NCBI GenBank assembly: GCA_051294375.1
Contig: CM119267.1
Location: 17,152,606-17,216,605, forward strand
DNA from: Paraspadella gotoi
Taxonomy: Eukaryota > Animalia > Chaetognatha
DNA: 64,000 nt
Direction of reading: 5' to 3'
Position numbers and translations under genes: made by a program. Every line of letters begins with the position of its first letter. The stretch's first letter is position 1. Positions 10,764 to 22,742 of the stretch are shown here, piece by piece. The notes below the pieces were generated by a model. It was not told where the DNA came from. It searched no databases and was given only the letters and a program-made list of their open reading frames with translations.

Positions 10764-12961
10764 ATGCCGACTTGTTCTTCTTCGGAATCGTCGCTCGACG
10801 ACGCCTCTAGTCTTTTAAGAGAAAGACTCACCGGAAATTTCGCCTGCGAATCCCACGGTAACAAAAAGAACAAATTAATCGGCGACGCCGAGCCCCTGCT
10901 CCTAGGACTGGAAGAAGAGAGCGCTCGTCTTACAAAACTGCTCGAGCAGACTGCACTGTATGGAGAGAGCAACTCTGTGCTCGTCTGCGGGCCTCGTGGG
11001 TCAGGAAAGACTACGATGGTTAGACACGTGCTGCACAGACTCAGAACAAAGAAGGGGATCAAAGAAAATTTGATGGAGGTGAGCAAAAGGTGATGTTGGG
11101 AAGTGAACGGCGTTGAGTTTTTTTAAATAGATTCCATCACTCTTTGGTTTTTTTCCGAATTAGGTTCATCTCCACGGGCTGACGCTGACCGATGATCGCG
11201 TAACACTAAAAGAAATCGCTCGACAGTTAAACCTGGAGAATGTGAGCGAAGACGGCAGCGTCAAAGGTGCGTGAAGAGTGAAATATCAGATGAATAAGTG
11301 GCCCGAAGTCTGAACTTTGAACTAATTTGCCTCGATTTTCTAGGGTCTTTCGCGGAGACCTTAAAATTCTTTTTGGATTCGATAAAAGTTGGAGACTCTG
11401 CCACGTCGAAGCCTATCGTATTCGTCTTGGAAAAGTTCGACGAGTTTACCTTTCATCCTGGACAGGTATCACTTTTGAATGTTTATCTTTATTTAGATTT
11501 TTTTAATAAAACTCGATTACTGCAAACCTAAACTCGGCTGTTGATATTCAAAGTTCCTTTTTCCATCCCATATTATAGGCCTTACTTTACAACCTCTTCG
11601 ACATTTCTCAATCCCGCACGGCCCCCGTCTGCGTCGTGGGTGTCACGTCTCGACTCGACGTCGTCGAGCTGCTGGAGAAGCGGGTCAAGTCTCGCTTTTC
11701 CCACCGGCAGATCCACGTCTTTGCCAAGCACAATTTTCGTGATTATCGAGAGTCCGTCGTCGTCGCGCTGTCATTGCCCAATTCAGCCAAACAGTTTCCC
11801 GATCAAAAATTCGCCAAACAATGGAACAACGACGTGTCTCAGTTAGTGGAAGCTAAAGAGATCAAAGACGTTTTGACACGGCTCTTCATGACGCAGAAAG
11901 AGTACGGATATTTGTTCAGGTGCAGAAATTTTTCAAAAAAATGTAATTTAAAAAATGTTAATCCAACTAGTATGAGCTAAAAAAATGTTATTTACGGTCA
12001 AATGTTATATTTTCTTTCTGCTTTCACAGATTCCTTTATCTTGTGGTGGCCCAACTGAAGGTCTCTTCACCTACCATAACGTCCGCCCATTTCACCTTCG
12101 CCGCCTCCGTCCATTTTTTGAACGATTCCAAATCTTCAATTTTGAAGGGCGTCTCAGTATTGGAGTTGTGCCTTCTCGTTGCCATGCAACGCCTTGTAGA
12201 AATTTACGGCGTCGACGAACCCATGAATTTCGCCATGATTTATCAAGGTGATCGAGGAGATACATCAATGGATAATTTTTATATTGGTTGTACCAATTTC
12301 AAAAAATTCAGCTCCTTGTATTTTGATGCTAGTGCGGAGTACAATAAGTATCCCCCGATCTAATACTTAAGGGAGTGGTCTTTTCATACAATTGAAACAT
12401 TCTTTGAAATATTTTCCACTTCATTGATAGGGAAGCCAGGTACTCTGGGAGTGAATAAACGAGACTGTGAGAAAGTCTTGATTGAAAGCTTGCAGGGACC
12501 TGCTATGTCATTATCTTCTAAGAGTGATGGAGGCCTTAAACCACCAAAGCCTGTCCAAAGTCAGGGGCAAGATAGCTTATTTATTAAATGATATATATAT
12601 ATTGGTTGTACCAATTTCATACAAATTTTTGATTTCAAAAACTAAGTCACTAAATTGTATGGTTTCCCGTCCATGTTTAAACCTTTTCTCCCTTATTTTT
12701 TCAGAATACAAAAAATTTAACGATCAGCATTCTATGATGCAACAGACACTGCCCAGTCAGTCGATCGTCTTTAAAGCGTTCGAACGCCTATTATCGTTAG
12801 AACTGATTAGATGGGCGGACGGCGGCGGTCGGGGCGGCGTTCTCAAGGAATTTCGACCCCTTCAGCTTCTCGTTAACAAGACAGACTTGTTGGAAACGGC
12901 GAAAAACGAAAAGCTACCAACCGTCGTTGAGAAGTGGATCGAGTCCGCGGCTCACGCTTGA
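10764..12961 (+). CDS. ORC4: Origin recognition complex subunit 4
   Basis: GESNSVLVCGPRGSGKT (Walker A); GSFAETLKFFLDSI; LYNLFDISQS; LELLEKRVKSRFSHRQI; LKGVSVLELCLLVAM; KAFERLLSLELI. Confidence 0.95.
12268..12619 (+). repeat. ~320-bp interspersed repeat, copy 1 (ORC4 intron)
   Basis: Near-identical to 17034-17378; partial reverse-complement copy at 41456-41610; direct repeat tatattggttgtaccaattt at both ends. Confidence 0.9.
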
Positions 12962-13244
12962 TAATTGTCTGCCAAATTTCAGATTGAACTCTGTTACTCA
13001 TTCTCAGGGATATAACCAATTCGCGCGACAAAATTTAAATGGTTTTTACATCCCCCTGCCTTTTTATAGCTATTTTACATTTTCTCATGTTACTATTTTT
13101 TTAGTTAAAAGAAAACTTTTTAGTTAAAAGAAACTCGTTCTTACGTACTGTCGCGTTGAAGAAGAGTGGAAAATGATGTTCGATTGGATGTAGCGAATAG
13201 GACTGTGGTCGTCCTCAAGGGAATAGTTAGCGTTTTTCGACGCC

Positions 13245-16086
13245 ATGTGGTCGTTTGTTCATTCCCGGGAGTTTTGTATACTATCTTCAGCCGCCGTCGC
13301 CGCCGCAATCGGTTCTTACATAATTTGGGGACCCTCCGATAATAAATTCAAGTAATAATATCGATTACATATTGACAAAATCGCTACCTTCCGGGTATTT
13401 ACGTACTCAAAATATTATTTAAATTTTGTTTTTTCTTAGTCGTAAAAAGCGCGGCCTCTGCCCTGGCTTGGTTAATCTGGGCAACACCTGTTTTCTCAAC
13501 TCTGTACTGCAAGCTTTGGCTCCTTGTCGTTCACTGTTGCCATGGCTTCGCGATCACGCCAACGGATCTCATAGGTTAAACTTAACGCTAAAAGAAACGT
13601 TGGCCTATTGTTCTCTGTGTTAGCGGTTTTGGGTAAATTGATTTTTTTTTCCTAAGTGGTGACACGACGCCAGCTACTCCACCTTCGTCCCGCGGAAGTT
13701 CCGTCGGAATTTCCGGTTTGGTCGTCGACGACGACGACGAGGAAATTCAGGCCGAGGACATTGCGGAGGCGCGAAGCCGGCCTTTGAGTCAAGCGCTGTT
13801 GCGAATCTTGAAAAGATTGAACTTGCCTGTGACAGGGAGCGAGGGAGAAGGAATTCCCGATCCCTTCAGTCATACCGGTTCGGATATTTCAAAGTTGCTG
13901 TCATCGATAATTATTGATTAATGTTAAAAAAAAGAAGTAATTATCAGCAACCGGTTAATTTCGCTCAGTTCGTCGCGGTAAGGCCGTTCCACGTCGAATG
14001 CTGGAGGATCCTCTCAACGCGAACAAAGTCTTCGAGGCCTTGTACGAGCACCGGTGGGCGTTCTCCGCCGACGAACAGGACGCGCACGAGCTCTTTCACG
14101 TTCTCACTTCCACGCTGGACGAGGAGAGCACTGCCTTTCCTGGTAAGTTATCTTCGGTGGTTCTCTTTCCGATTTTAACCGGTGTTCGAAGTGTTTAAAA
14201 TTTAAATTTTTCCTCCCAGCTGTTTTGTCCCTCTTGGATGTGGGATCTCTCCAAAATCTACCGTTAGTTCCTTCGCACTTGGCCGGTATGACCAGAGCGA
14301 AACCATACTCCATTCTTCCATTACACTTAATCGTTTTTAATTAAAAAATTGTATTTGTAATCATTACAAAGTGTCCCGCGTCGGAGGCAGTCTGCCTTCC
14401 CTGGCTCCTTTGGAAGCCGAAGCGCCTCCATTTCGCGGCCTTTTCGCGTCGCAACTTCGTTGTACCAAATGCCATCACTCGTGTCCCGTCAGGTCTGTTT
14501 GATGTTCGTCATAAAGCATTTTACAACGGCGCGAAAGGAAAAAAAAATTCTTGATTTGCAGATACGATCCGTTCGACAGCGTGACCCTTTCGATTCCGTC
14601 GAATTCATCTTCTCTTCCTCACCTCGCCGCCGGTCTTTCTCTAGATCACCTCCTCCTTTCCTTCGTATCCCGCGAACCTGTCAAAGATGTCGAATGTCAA
14701 GGTTGTTCCCGAATTCTCGGCCGAAAACCAGGTAAGGGTTTCTCAACACTGTTTCTTCGATACGAATGAATGCTCTTGGTCATTACTTGAGAATTTTCGA
14801 AACTCCATTAAGTTAACTATAATTTCAAAGTCCTATTGTTAGATTCATGTGAACCTATATCCCCCACTGATTAGTAAAACTAATATATGAAAGCGAAATA
14901 CAATGTAGTTCTGTTTTTTTTCAGGCGAACCCTTTTTGAAGTCCACTTTTTATAAAAAACTATCTTTCGGAAAATTGCCCAACGTTTTAGTTTTTCATAT
15001 TCAACGAACCGTGTGGACCCCGAATGGCATTCCTGTCAAGCGTTATGACCATGTTCAGGTAAGAATAAGGAATAAACTTAAACGTATGCTAAAATATTAA
15101 ATTAATTCTCTATTTATCAAGTTTCCCGACACTTTGAGAATGGACGACTTCGTGTATCACTCCTGTCAACATAGAACGCAGAAGAAGAGGAAAGACGCCA
15201 GTGAAGTCAACACTAAACTCATGGGGAAAACCTCAAGCAAGGTCAGAGCTTTGTTCCCATTGCTTTTATTATTTTTCAACTCGACAATCTTAAGTATTAA
15301 CCCATGTATTCATCCAATGCCCTATCAGGCTCCGCTTCGAGGGGAGGGGAAAAAATTCCCGATCATTCCTCCTCCAACGGCGCCGTCCCGTCGAACGGAG
15401 GAGGGCTCACCCTCGGAGTCAAGAGGTGAGACATATTTGTAAGAATATTTCTTGAAAGCCTTTTTTTCGATCTTTAACTTCTCACAAATATCCCCAGCCC
15501 CATGGCGAACGGCCATGACAAATCCGACGCTTCCCCGGAGACCAGAGTCAAGTCCAAAGGACTTTCGATGCTCATGGATCTCCACAACAAAAATCGCGGG
15601 GGCGCCGGATTCAACGGTTTAGGAGGAAGGGGATCGAAGAGAGGCGCGTCTTCGTTTCGAGGGCAAGTGTTGCGCCGGTTGTAGTCGCTCTGCCTTTTTC
15701 CGACTTTCGAGTAAGAATGAACCGATTTATATTTAGGGAGAGCGACCGAATTCCGTCTGTGATGTGCGACCCCGAGGATCGATTCTTCACTTCGAGCGAC
15801 AATATATACCACCTTGTGGCGGTCGTGTCGCACTTGGGCGTCGACAACGCGAGCGGACACTTCGTCACTTTCCGTAAATCTCCCCCTACCGGGGCTACGG
15901 ATATTCACGGCTCTAGGTACGGCCGGCGAATCAGTCTTTTTGGCTTTCCATCTTTTTCTTTTGCCGAAACAACTTTGCTCCTTGCCGTCCAGGTGGCTCC
16001 TTTGCTCGGACGACCACGTGAAGCGAGTATCCTACGCGGACGTCGAACGCGCTGAGGCTTACATGCTAGTTTACGAAAAAATATAA
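13245..16086 (+). CDS. USP30: Ubiquitin carboxyl-terminal hydrolase 30 (mitochondrial outer-membrane deubiquitinase)
   Basis: N-terminal TM AAVAAAIGSYIIWGP; Cys box GLVNLGNTCFLNSVLQALA; EQDAHELFHVL; PFRGLFASQL; His box YHLVAVVSHLG..SGHFVTFR; WLLCSD; AYMLVYE. Confidence 0.9.
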
Positions 16087-16428
16087 TTTCAAAAAACGTT
16101 CGTACAAATCCCGCAAGTTAGTTTGCTTGTTAATTTTTATTAAACGGTAAAATCACCCCTTTCACTTTTTCGCGCGGTCAAGGCTGATCGAGTTGTACGT
16201 ACTCAGTATATCTTAATTTATTCTCCACCGGAAAGCTTGTCTTTTTTTTTGGCAGCGCAAATGCAAATTTAAAGTTTTCGTTTTACATCTTTTTTGATTC
16301 GGTTTTTAAACTTTATAATATTTATTTGATTTTCATCGCGATTTCATGTCATTTTTTAATTTGTCCTATGCTCATATAACTTGTCTCGTTTGGATTTAAC
16401 TTAGTGCAGAAAATGTTTATAAAGACTT

Positions 16429-18731
16429 ATGTCTGAAGCAAATCAACGGTTTTCCTTTTACTCGTCACTTCTCAGTGGAGCCGCCGCAGGTAAACTGGTC
16501 AATGATCATTTTCCTAACATAATTAAAATTAACTAATTAAACAACGCTCTTACGATCAGGCGTGACTGTTGACGTTTGCCTGTTTCCCATCGACACTGTA
16601 AAAACTCGACTTCAGGTAAGATGAGCCTCCACGTTCACCTTGAAGATTTAACGATTAACAGTTTTTATCACGCCAGACAGGCGATATAATCGTTTAGAAT
16701 TGTTTTTGTGCCTTTGTCGTTATCACGCTTTTTTATAATTGGAAATTGTAAAAGTGTGTAACTATAGGAAGCTAAAAATTTAGATATAGCTTCTCATCAT
16801 CAAGATCTTTTAGAATTACATGTTTCATATTGCTACACGCATTTGTATAAAACCTACTACGAATTATAATTATGTTTTAATTATATGTCGCTCTTTCTCT
16901 CCTTTTTTAAATATATGTTGCTCTTTTTTTTTTTCCCTCGCTGCCTCTTCTGATTCGTTTAAAACGAGTTCAGCTCTGCAGCAGCTGACCAGCGGTTATC
17001 CAGCTTCTCGCATTTGTTTTATTTATAATATATTATATTGGTTGTAACAATTTCATAAAATTCAGCTCCTTGTATTTTGATGCTAGTGCGGAGTACATAT
17101 AGTATTCCCCGATCTAATACTTAAGGGAGTGGTCTTTTCATACAATTGAAACATTCTTTGAAATATTATACCACTTCATTGATAGGGAAGCCAGGTTCAC
17201 TGGGAGTGAATAAACAAGTCTGTGAGAGAGGCTTGATTAAAAGCTTGCAGAAACCTGTTATGTTATTATCTTGCAAGTGTGATGGAGGCCTTAAACCACC
17301 AAAGCCTGTCCAAAGTCAGGGACAAGATAGCTTATTTATTAAATGGATGGATAATTTTTATATTGGTTGTACCAATTTTATATGATTTATTGCATCAATG
17401 ACTATCATCGCGTCAATGAATGACTATCATCGCATCAATGAATGATTATCATCGCGTCAATGAATGACTATCATCGCATCAATGAATGATTATCAGCGAA
17501 TCAATGAATGATTATTATCGCATTAATCTTTGGTTATCCTAGTATCTATATTTGGTTATCATTGCATCAATATTTGGTTATCATCGCATCAATCAATTAT
17601 ATCAATTATTCGTTTTTTTCCCGGATTTTTTCATTAATTTTTTTGATTGTAACGTCTGGCGAGATCACTATACTTTAAGATTTTTTCTTAACTTTTTAAA
17701 AAGGCACCTGGAGGCTTCTGGCGCGCCGGCGGCTTCCGCGGCGTCTACTCAGGTCTTGGCCCCGTCGTTCTCGGGTCTGCGCCAACCGCTGCCTTGTTTT
17801 TTTGCACCTACGATTCTTTCAAGCATTTGCTGACGACGAACTCTTCGCCTGCCTTTCACCCCATCGTTCACTCTGCTTCCGCTTCTTTCGGTTCGATTTA
17901 GCTTGTTTTAAATAATCTTTTGTCATGATTTAAATTTAAAAAGAATAAATTTAATATTACATCTTAATCAGGCGAAGTTGTAGCCTGTCTGGTTCGAGTT
18001 CCAGTGGAAGTCGTCAAGCAACGAGCTCAGTCGTCGACGTTGAAGCCCTGGAACATTTTCCGCGAGACTCTCAAACAGGAAGGTGAGTGAATGAACCCCA
18101 CTTTTGTTTTCCTTTTGCTTTCTGTAAGTAAAGACTCAACCCTCACCTTGATTTCTAGGAGTTTCGGGCTTTTACCGAGGATACACAAGCACGGTCATTA
18201 GGGAGGTTCCCTTTTCATTCATTCAATTTCCTATTTGGGAGGAACTGAAGAGAAGATTCGGACGAGCGACAGGAAGACCGGTGGAGCCGCACGAAGGCGC
18301 TATCTGTGGTGCAATAGCTGGTAAGTTAGGAGTTAAACAATTTCTCTGACTGAAAAATTACTAAAATAAACGACTTTTAGGAGGAATATCTGCTGCCGTG
18401 ACGACGCCCATTGACGTCGCCAAGACGCGGATCATTTTAGCGAAGAGTGGGACTGCGGAGGCCCGCGGTCGAATCGGCGAGGCCTTAGCCATAGTTTACA
18501 GAGAAAATGGTGACTAAAAAATCTTTAAAATTTTTAATTGGACGAGCACTAAAATCTTAAACCGTCTTCTTTTCTTTGGAAGGCGTGAAGAGCCTTTTCG
18601 CTGGTGGAATTCCGAGAGTCACGCACATTACGATAGGAGGTTTCCTCTTTTTCGGTGCTTACGAATTCGTCGTCTCGTTTCTCAAAAACAGAGATAAATC
18701 CTACAATAACTCGTCCGGCTCGACGTTGTGA
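16429..18731 (+). CDS. SLC25A26: Mitochondrial S-adenosylmethionine carrier
   Basis: LLSGAAAG|[18 protein letters not shown]; [14 protein letters not shown]; [10 protein letters not shown]; [16 protein letters not shown]; [14 protein letters not shown]; [17 protein letters not shown]; [10 protein letters not shown]; stop TGA at 18729-18731. Confidence 0.92.
16662..17030 (+). mobile_element. Degenerate Helentron/HINE-like element in a SLC25A26 intron
   Basis: Starts ttttatcacgcc..ggcgatataa (short inverted repeat); shares blocks (aaattta.ata.agcttctcatcatc, ctgattcgt..aaaacga) with the element at 49705. Confidence 0.45.
17034..17378 (+). repeat. ~320-bp interspersed repeat, copy 2 (SLC25A26 intron)
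   Basis: Alignable by eye over its length with 12280-12619. Confidence 0.9.
17392..17600. repeat. 22-bp minisatellite (atcatcgcatcaatgaatgact)n, degenerating toward the 3' side
   Basis: About 6 good units plus degenerate ones visible. Confidence 0.9.
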
Positions 18732-18754
18732 TCTCATAGACTCGAGGGTGTCAA

Positions 18755-21198
18755 ATGGCGTTAGCCTTTAGCACCGGCGACGATTGTATCGCCCAACAGG
18801 TGGAGCCGAGCAGTTTGGCTGAAACTTCCATCGAGGATGTGGACGACTATTTCGAGATCCCGCGCGTTGTGGATTGGATCTTGGTCAACGGATTTTCCAG
18901 GGTGGCGTTACAGTTTCCCGACCGTCTGCTCCGGTTTTGCGCAGAGATCACGGCAATTCTCGGCGATAAAGCAGGAGTTTCCATATTCGTTCTCGGAGAT
19001 ACTTCTTACGGAAGGTAAGTTTGGTAACGCTTTCAGCTTTTTGATGTACTTATACCAAAACAAATATATACTCAGTTGCTGCGTCGACGAAGTGGCCGCG
19101 CAACACGGCGCAGCTGATGCCATTGTTCATTTTGGCCCGAGCTGTTTGAGCCCTCCCTCTCGACTGCCAGTGCTATTTATTTTTGGGAAAGAACCTATCG
19201 ATTCTGACGACCTGCTTTTAAACGTAAGAAATCGAAAATTAAATCGAATAGAGCTCTATTTATTTTTCTAGTAGCTGAAAATAAACTCTCTTTTTAGCGA
19301 GGAATCGAAAACTTTAAATTTAGATTCGTTTTTCTTTTAATTTTTTCTTTTTTTTTAAATTTCGCTTGATCAGTGCACCGAAGCTTTAAATCCGACTGAT
19401 CCGTTGCTGCTGTTCTTTGATGTCACACGGTCTCACTTCTCTGCGTTGGCCGCTGAAAAATTGAAAAGCCGCTTTGCTGATGTGGTCACGAGCTCTCTGG
19501 TAATCCCTTGCGTCAACGGTGGACGGAAGGAGGATGAGAAACGGGCGACGACCGACATAGAAATTTGCAACCGAAAAATCATTTTGCCGACTGATGATAA
19601 AAATCTCCAAGACTACAAAATCGTCTATATCGGCGAAGAAGGTATTGAAATACTATAGATTTGAAAAAAAACGGCTTTTTTAAAGGAACGTTAAAAATTA
19701 TCGTGTGTGGTTTTATTTTTTTCCATTTACTTAGTCATTTTGGAGTAATCAAAAGGGGAGGCAATATTTTAATATTTTCGTCAATGCGATGAATTTTAGG
19801 GCCTCCGATGACAAACTCCATTCTTCACTTTAAAAACGAGTTTTATTCTTATGACCCTCGACGACGACGTCTTCAAAAGGAAACGATATCAGTTAACAAG
19901 TCGTTATCAAAACGATACTTCCTAATAGAGAAGGGTGAGGCATTTATTGTTTGCGTTTAGTGGAATAACCATGACCTCTTTTCCTTTACTATTTTTAGCC
20001 AAAGATGCTAACATCATCGGGGTTTTGGCCGGAACTCTCGGAGTAGCTAATTATTTGTCCATCATCAGAAGGATACAGGGTTTGTGAAAAACTTGATAAA
20101 ATATTTTAACTTTATTCACATAATCACCGTATTATATAAAATACGAAAGAGAATCTGTCAAAAAATTATACAACCTTACGTTTTTAGCATATCGATTCTG
20201 AAACCTGATTTTTATTTTTCCCTCTTCTAGATTTGATTAAAACCGCCGGTAAAAAATCTTACCTCTTTGTGGTTGGAAAATTGAACGTTCCAAAATTAGC
20301 CAACTTTCAAGAGATTGATGCGTACGTCTTGGTGGCTTGTCCGGAAAACAGGTTTGGAGCTGGTATCAAACTATCTTTAATGGATTATAATGTTTAGATC
20401 AAGATTCTCCGCGATACTTTCCCTTTTTTTCGCCTTTTGGTAAAAAAAAAAAGCCTGATCGCGTTGTTTGTTTGGAACTCAATTTCGCTTTTCATTGTTT
20501 CACTCGGCTTCTTTATTCTCCAGCCTCGTCGATTCCCGCGGATTCTTTCAGCCGATTTTAACGCCCTACGAACTGGAGGTGGCTCTCAATCCGAAGCGAG
20601 AGTGGAAACCCGAATTCGTCACTGATTTTAATCATCTCTTGCCCGGTAAACATTAAATAGATTTTACCAGCCGTTTTGTATCCAATTTCAAGGCCTTTAG
20701 GGTAATTGTGACCCAACAAAAAAGGAAAAAGGCTAACAGAATAAATATTCGTTCCAAAGGTCGCTCGGATTATGTGGCTATTGAAAAAACGAATGACGTA
20801 TCCACAGACGTTTCACTTATCACCGGTCAGTTAAGGTAAGAAACTATTTTTACCTTTACATATCGTTCACCCTATATAAATTTAAAATGTTTTTCATTTT
20901 CCTAAAATTCGATCTCAAGGCAAATCGGGAAGACTGAATCTGATGTGACGGAATCGTCTTTAGTTACAAAAGAAGATGGAATCGTTGCACTTAATGAAAA
21001 TTCGGGTAATTTTCTTTAACTGTTTATTAAAATATCATCACTTTTAAACTGCGCCGATTTTACGAAGGCGCCGGTTTTCTGGATAAACGTAGTTGGCGCG
21101 GATTGGAACAAAATCTTGGACAGACTCCTGTGACGAACGCCACGGAAGGAACGATAGGAATCGCCATGGGCTACAATCACGAACACAAACATAGTTGA
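18755..21198 (+). CDS. DPH2: Diphthamide biosynthesis protein 2
   Basis: [11 protein letters not shown]; [20 protein letters not shown]; HFGPSCLS; [10 protein letters not shown]; [26 protein letters not shown]; [12 protein letters not shown]; [24 protein letters not shown]. Confidence 0.93.
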
Positions 21199-21487
21199 AA
21201 TGAAAATAAAAGGAAAAGAACAACTACGCCAGCAATGTGGCTAAAAATTGCCGCTACTAGTCGTAATTTGTGAATGAGATCGATAGATTTGTATACTCTC
21301 GCTGTGAACTAAGACGGTTGATAATATTCTTCTTGCAACCAGAATCGATCAGGAGACTTACTGGATGACAAAACCTGTGATCTTTTTATTCGCCTCTCCT
21401 GGAACTTGGCTCGCCTAAGTTGTTATTCACTTTTGTTAATTGTTAGACTTGTTGACCATTTGCAGTAAAAAAATCTCGGTTAAAGAG

Positions 21488-22644
21488 ATGCCCTCAAGGG
21501 ACGCTTCGGTCGGTGACACCGTCCTACCCGGTGATCATTTTTTCGTGACTTCGTCGGGAAAGGGAAAAATATGTCTCGGACCAGGATTGGAAGCCGTGGA
21601 CGATTTGAAAAAAGATGAAGATCGTCATCCCGTCGCCTGCATCAAATCGGGTATTCTCAGGTATTTCTTTCACAGAAACTGACTTTTTTTGAGAAAGTTA
21701 CGACGCAGTCAGTTTCGAAACTCGTTTTCGCCAGGTTTCGGTCGCCCAACTTTTTTTGGGTTGACACTCACCAACGTCGTTACGTGGCCGGCCTCGACGA
21801 CGGCGTCGTCGGCGTCGTTTTATCCAAACTAGGCGTCGATTTTTTCCGCGTCGACATCGGAGCCGCTCAGCCGGCCGTTCTTTCCGCCTTCCACTTCGAG
21901 GGCGCGACGAAGAAAAATAGACCCAACGTCAAAGTGGGCGACCTCCTATTCTGGTTAATAATATTTATAACTTTTGCCAGCGAATCGATAATTATCTGAA
22001 ATCTTAATTCCTATTTGTTACTTCTCAGTCGGATTTTGGTTGCCGACAAGGAACGAGAAACGGAAGTGTCTTGCGTCGATGCCTACGGAAAGGCCTCTGG
22101 CATGGGGCCACTCGAGGACGGCATGATGATTCAGGTCAGTCCGCCGCTGTGGTCTTGATGATGATAGGAATATTACTCGTGTTTTTATTTTTCTTACGAT
22201 TATGTTGGAATTTGAGTTTAAAGAAATGGTTATTTAGTTTGGTCGTTGAAGTTAGATTAATATATAGTAGTAAGTTGTGATGTATCTTCACAGACTTCAC
22301 TCAATTGCGTTCGTAAATTAAAATCCAACGGCTGTGTGCTTCTCAAGTTTCTCGGAAAACGAATTCCCTTTGAGGTTTGTTTCTTTATTTGCTTCTGATT
22401 TGAAAAATATGTACATATCTATTTTTGAAATAACAAAAAATGACATTTTAAGTACGCCTGTGGGATGAACGGCCGGATTTGGGTGAAGGCGAGAAGCGTT
22501 AAGAACACCATCGCCATATGCAACGCGATGCAAAACTCGGAATTTATGACCAACGATCAAATAAAACTCATGATTCGCTCTTTCGTTGATTCGACGCACG
22601 CTGAGTCTTCTTCTGAAATGAATATTGACACGCCATTATCATAA
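21488..22644 (+). CDS. EXOSC3: Exosome complex component RRP40
   Basis: VLPGD; LGPGL; FWVDTHQRRYV; FRVDIGAAQPAVLSAFHFEGATKKNRPNVKVGDL; IPFEYACGMNGRIWVKA. Confidence 0.93.
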
Positions 22645-22742
22645 TTTAACGATCTCTTGTCCTTGTTATATATTGCGATCTTTGTTATATTGTTTTACTT
22701 TTTTCGATAGCAAGCAGAGACACTTATTGTAACTTATTCAAG

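Noticed and set aside
12268-12363. FYIGCTNF as part of a GIY-YIG endonuclease
   Set aside because: Only a 3-residue match, no GIY half-motif, and the frame is not conserved as an ORF between copies.
17392-17600. Regularly spaced repeats as a CRISPR array
   Set aside because: Head-to-tail 22-bp minisatellite with no unique spacers, in a eukaryotic intron.
18729-18765. Stop-codon readthrough or selenocysteine fusion of SLC25A26 and DPH2
   Set aside because: The DPH2 ATG is out of frame with the TGA, and the readthrough frame stops at TAG shortly after.
21351-21400. SECIS element (ATGA..AAA..GA)
   Set aside because: The spacing is too short for a SECIS, and DPH2 has no in-frame internal TGA.
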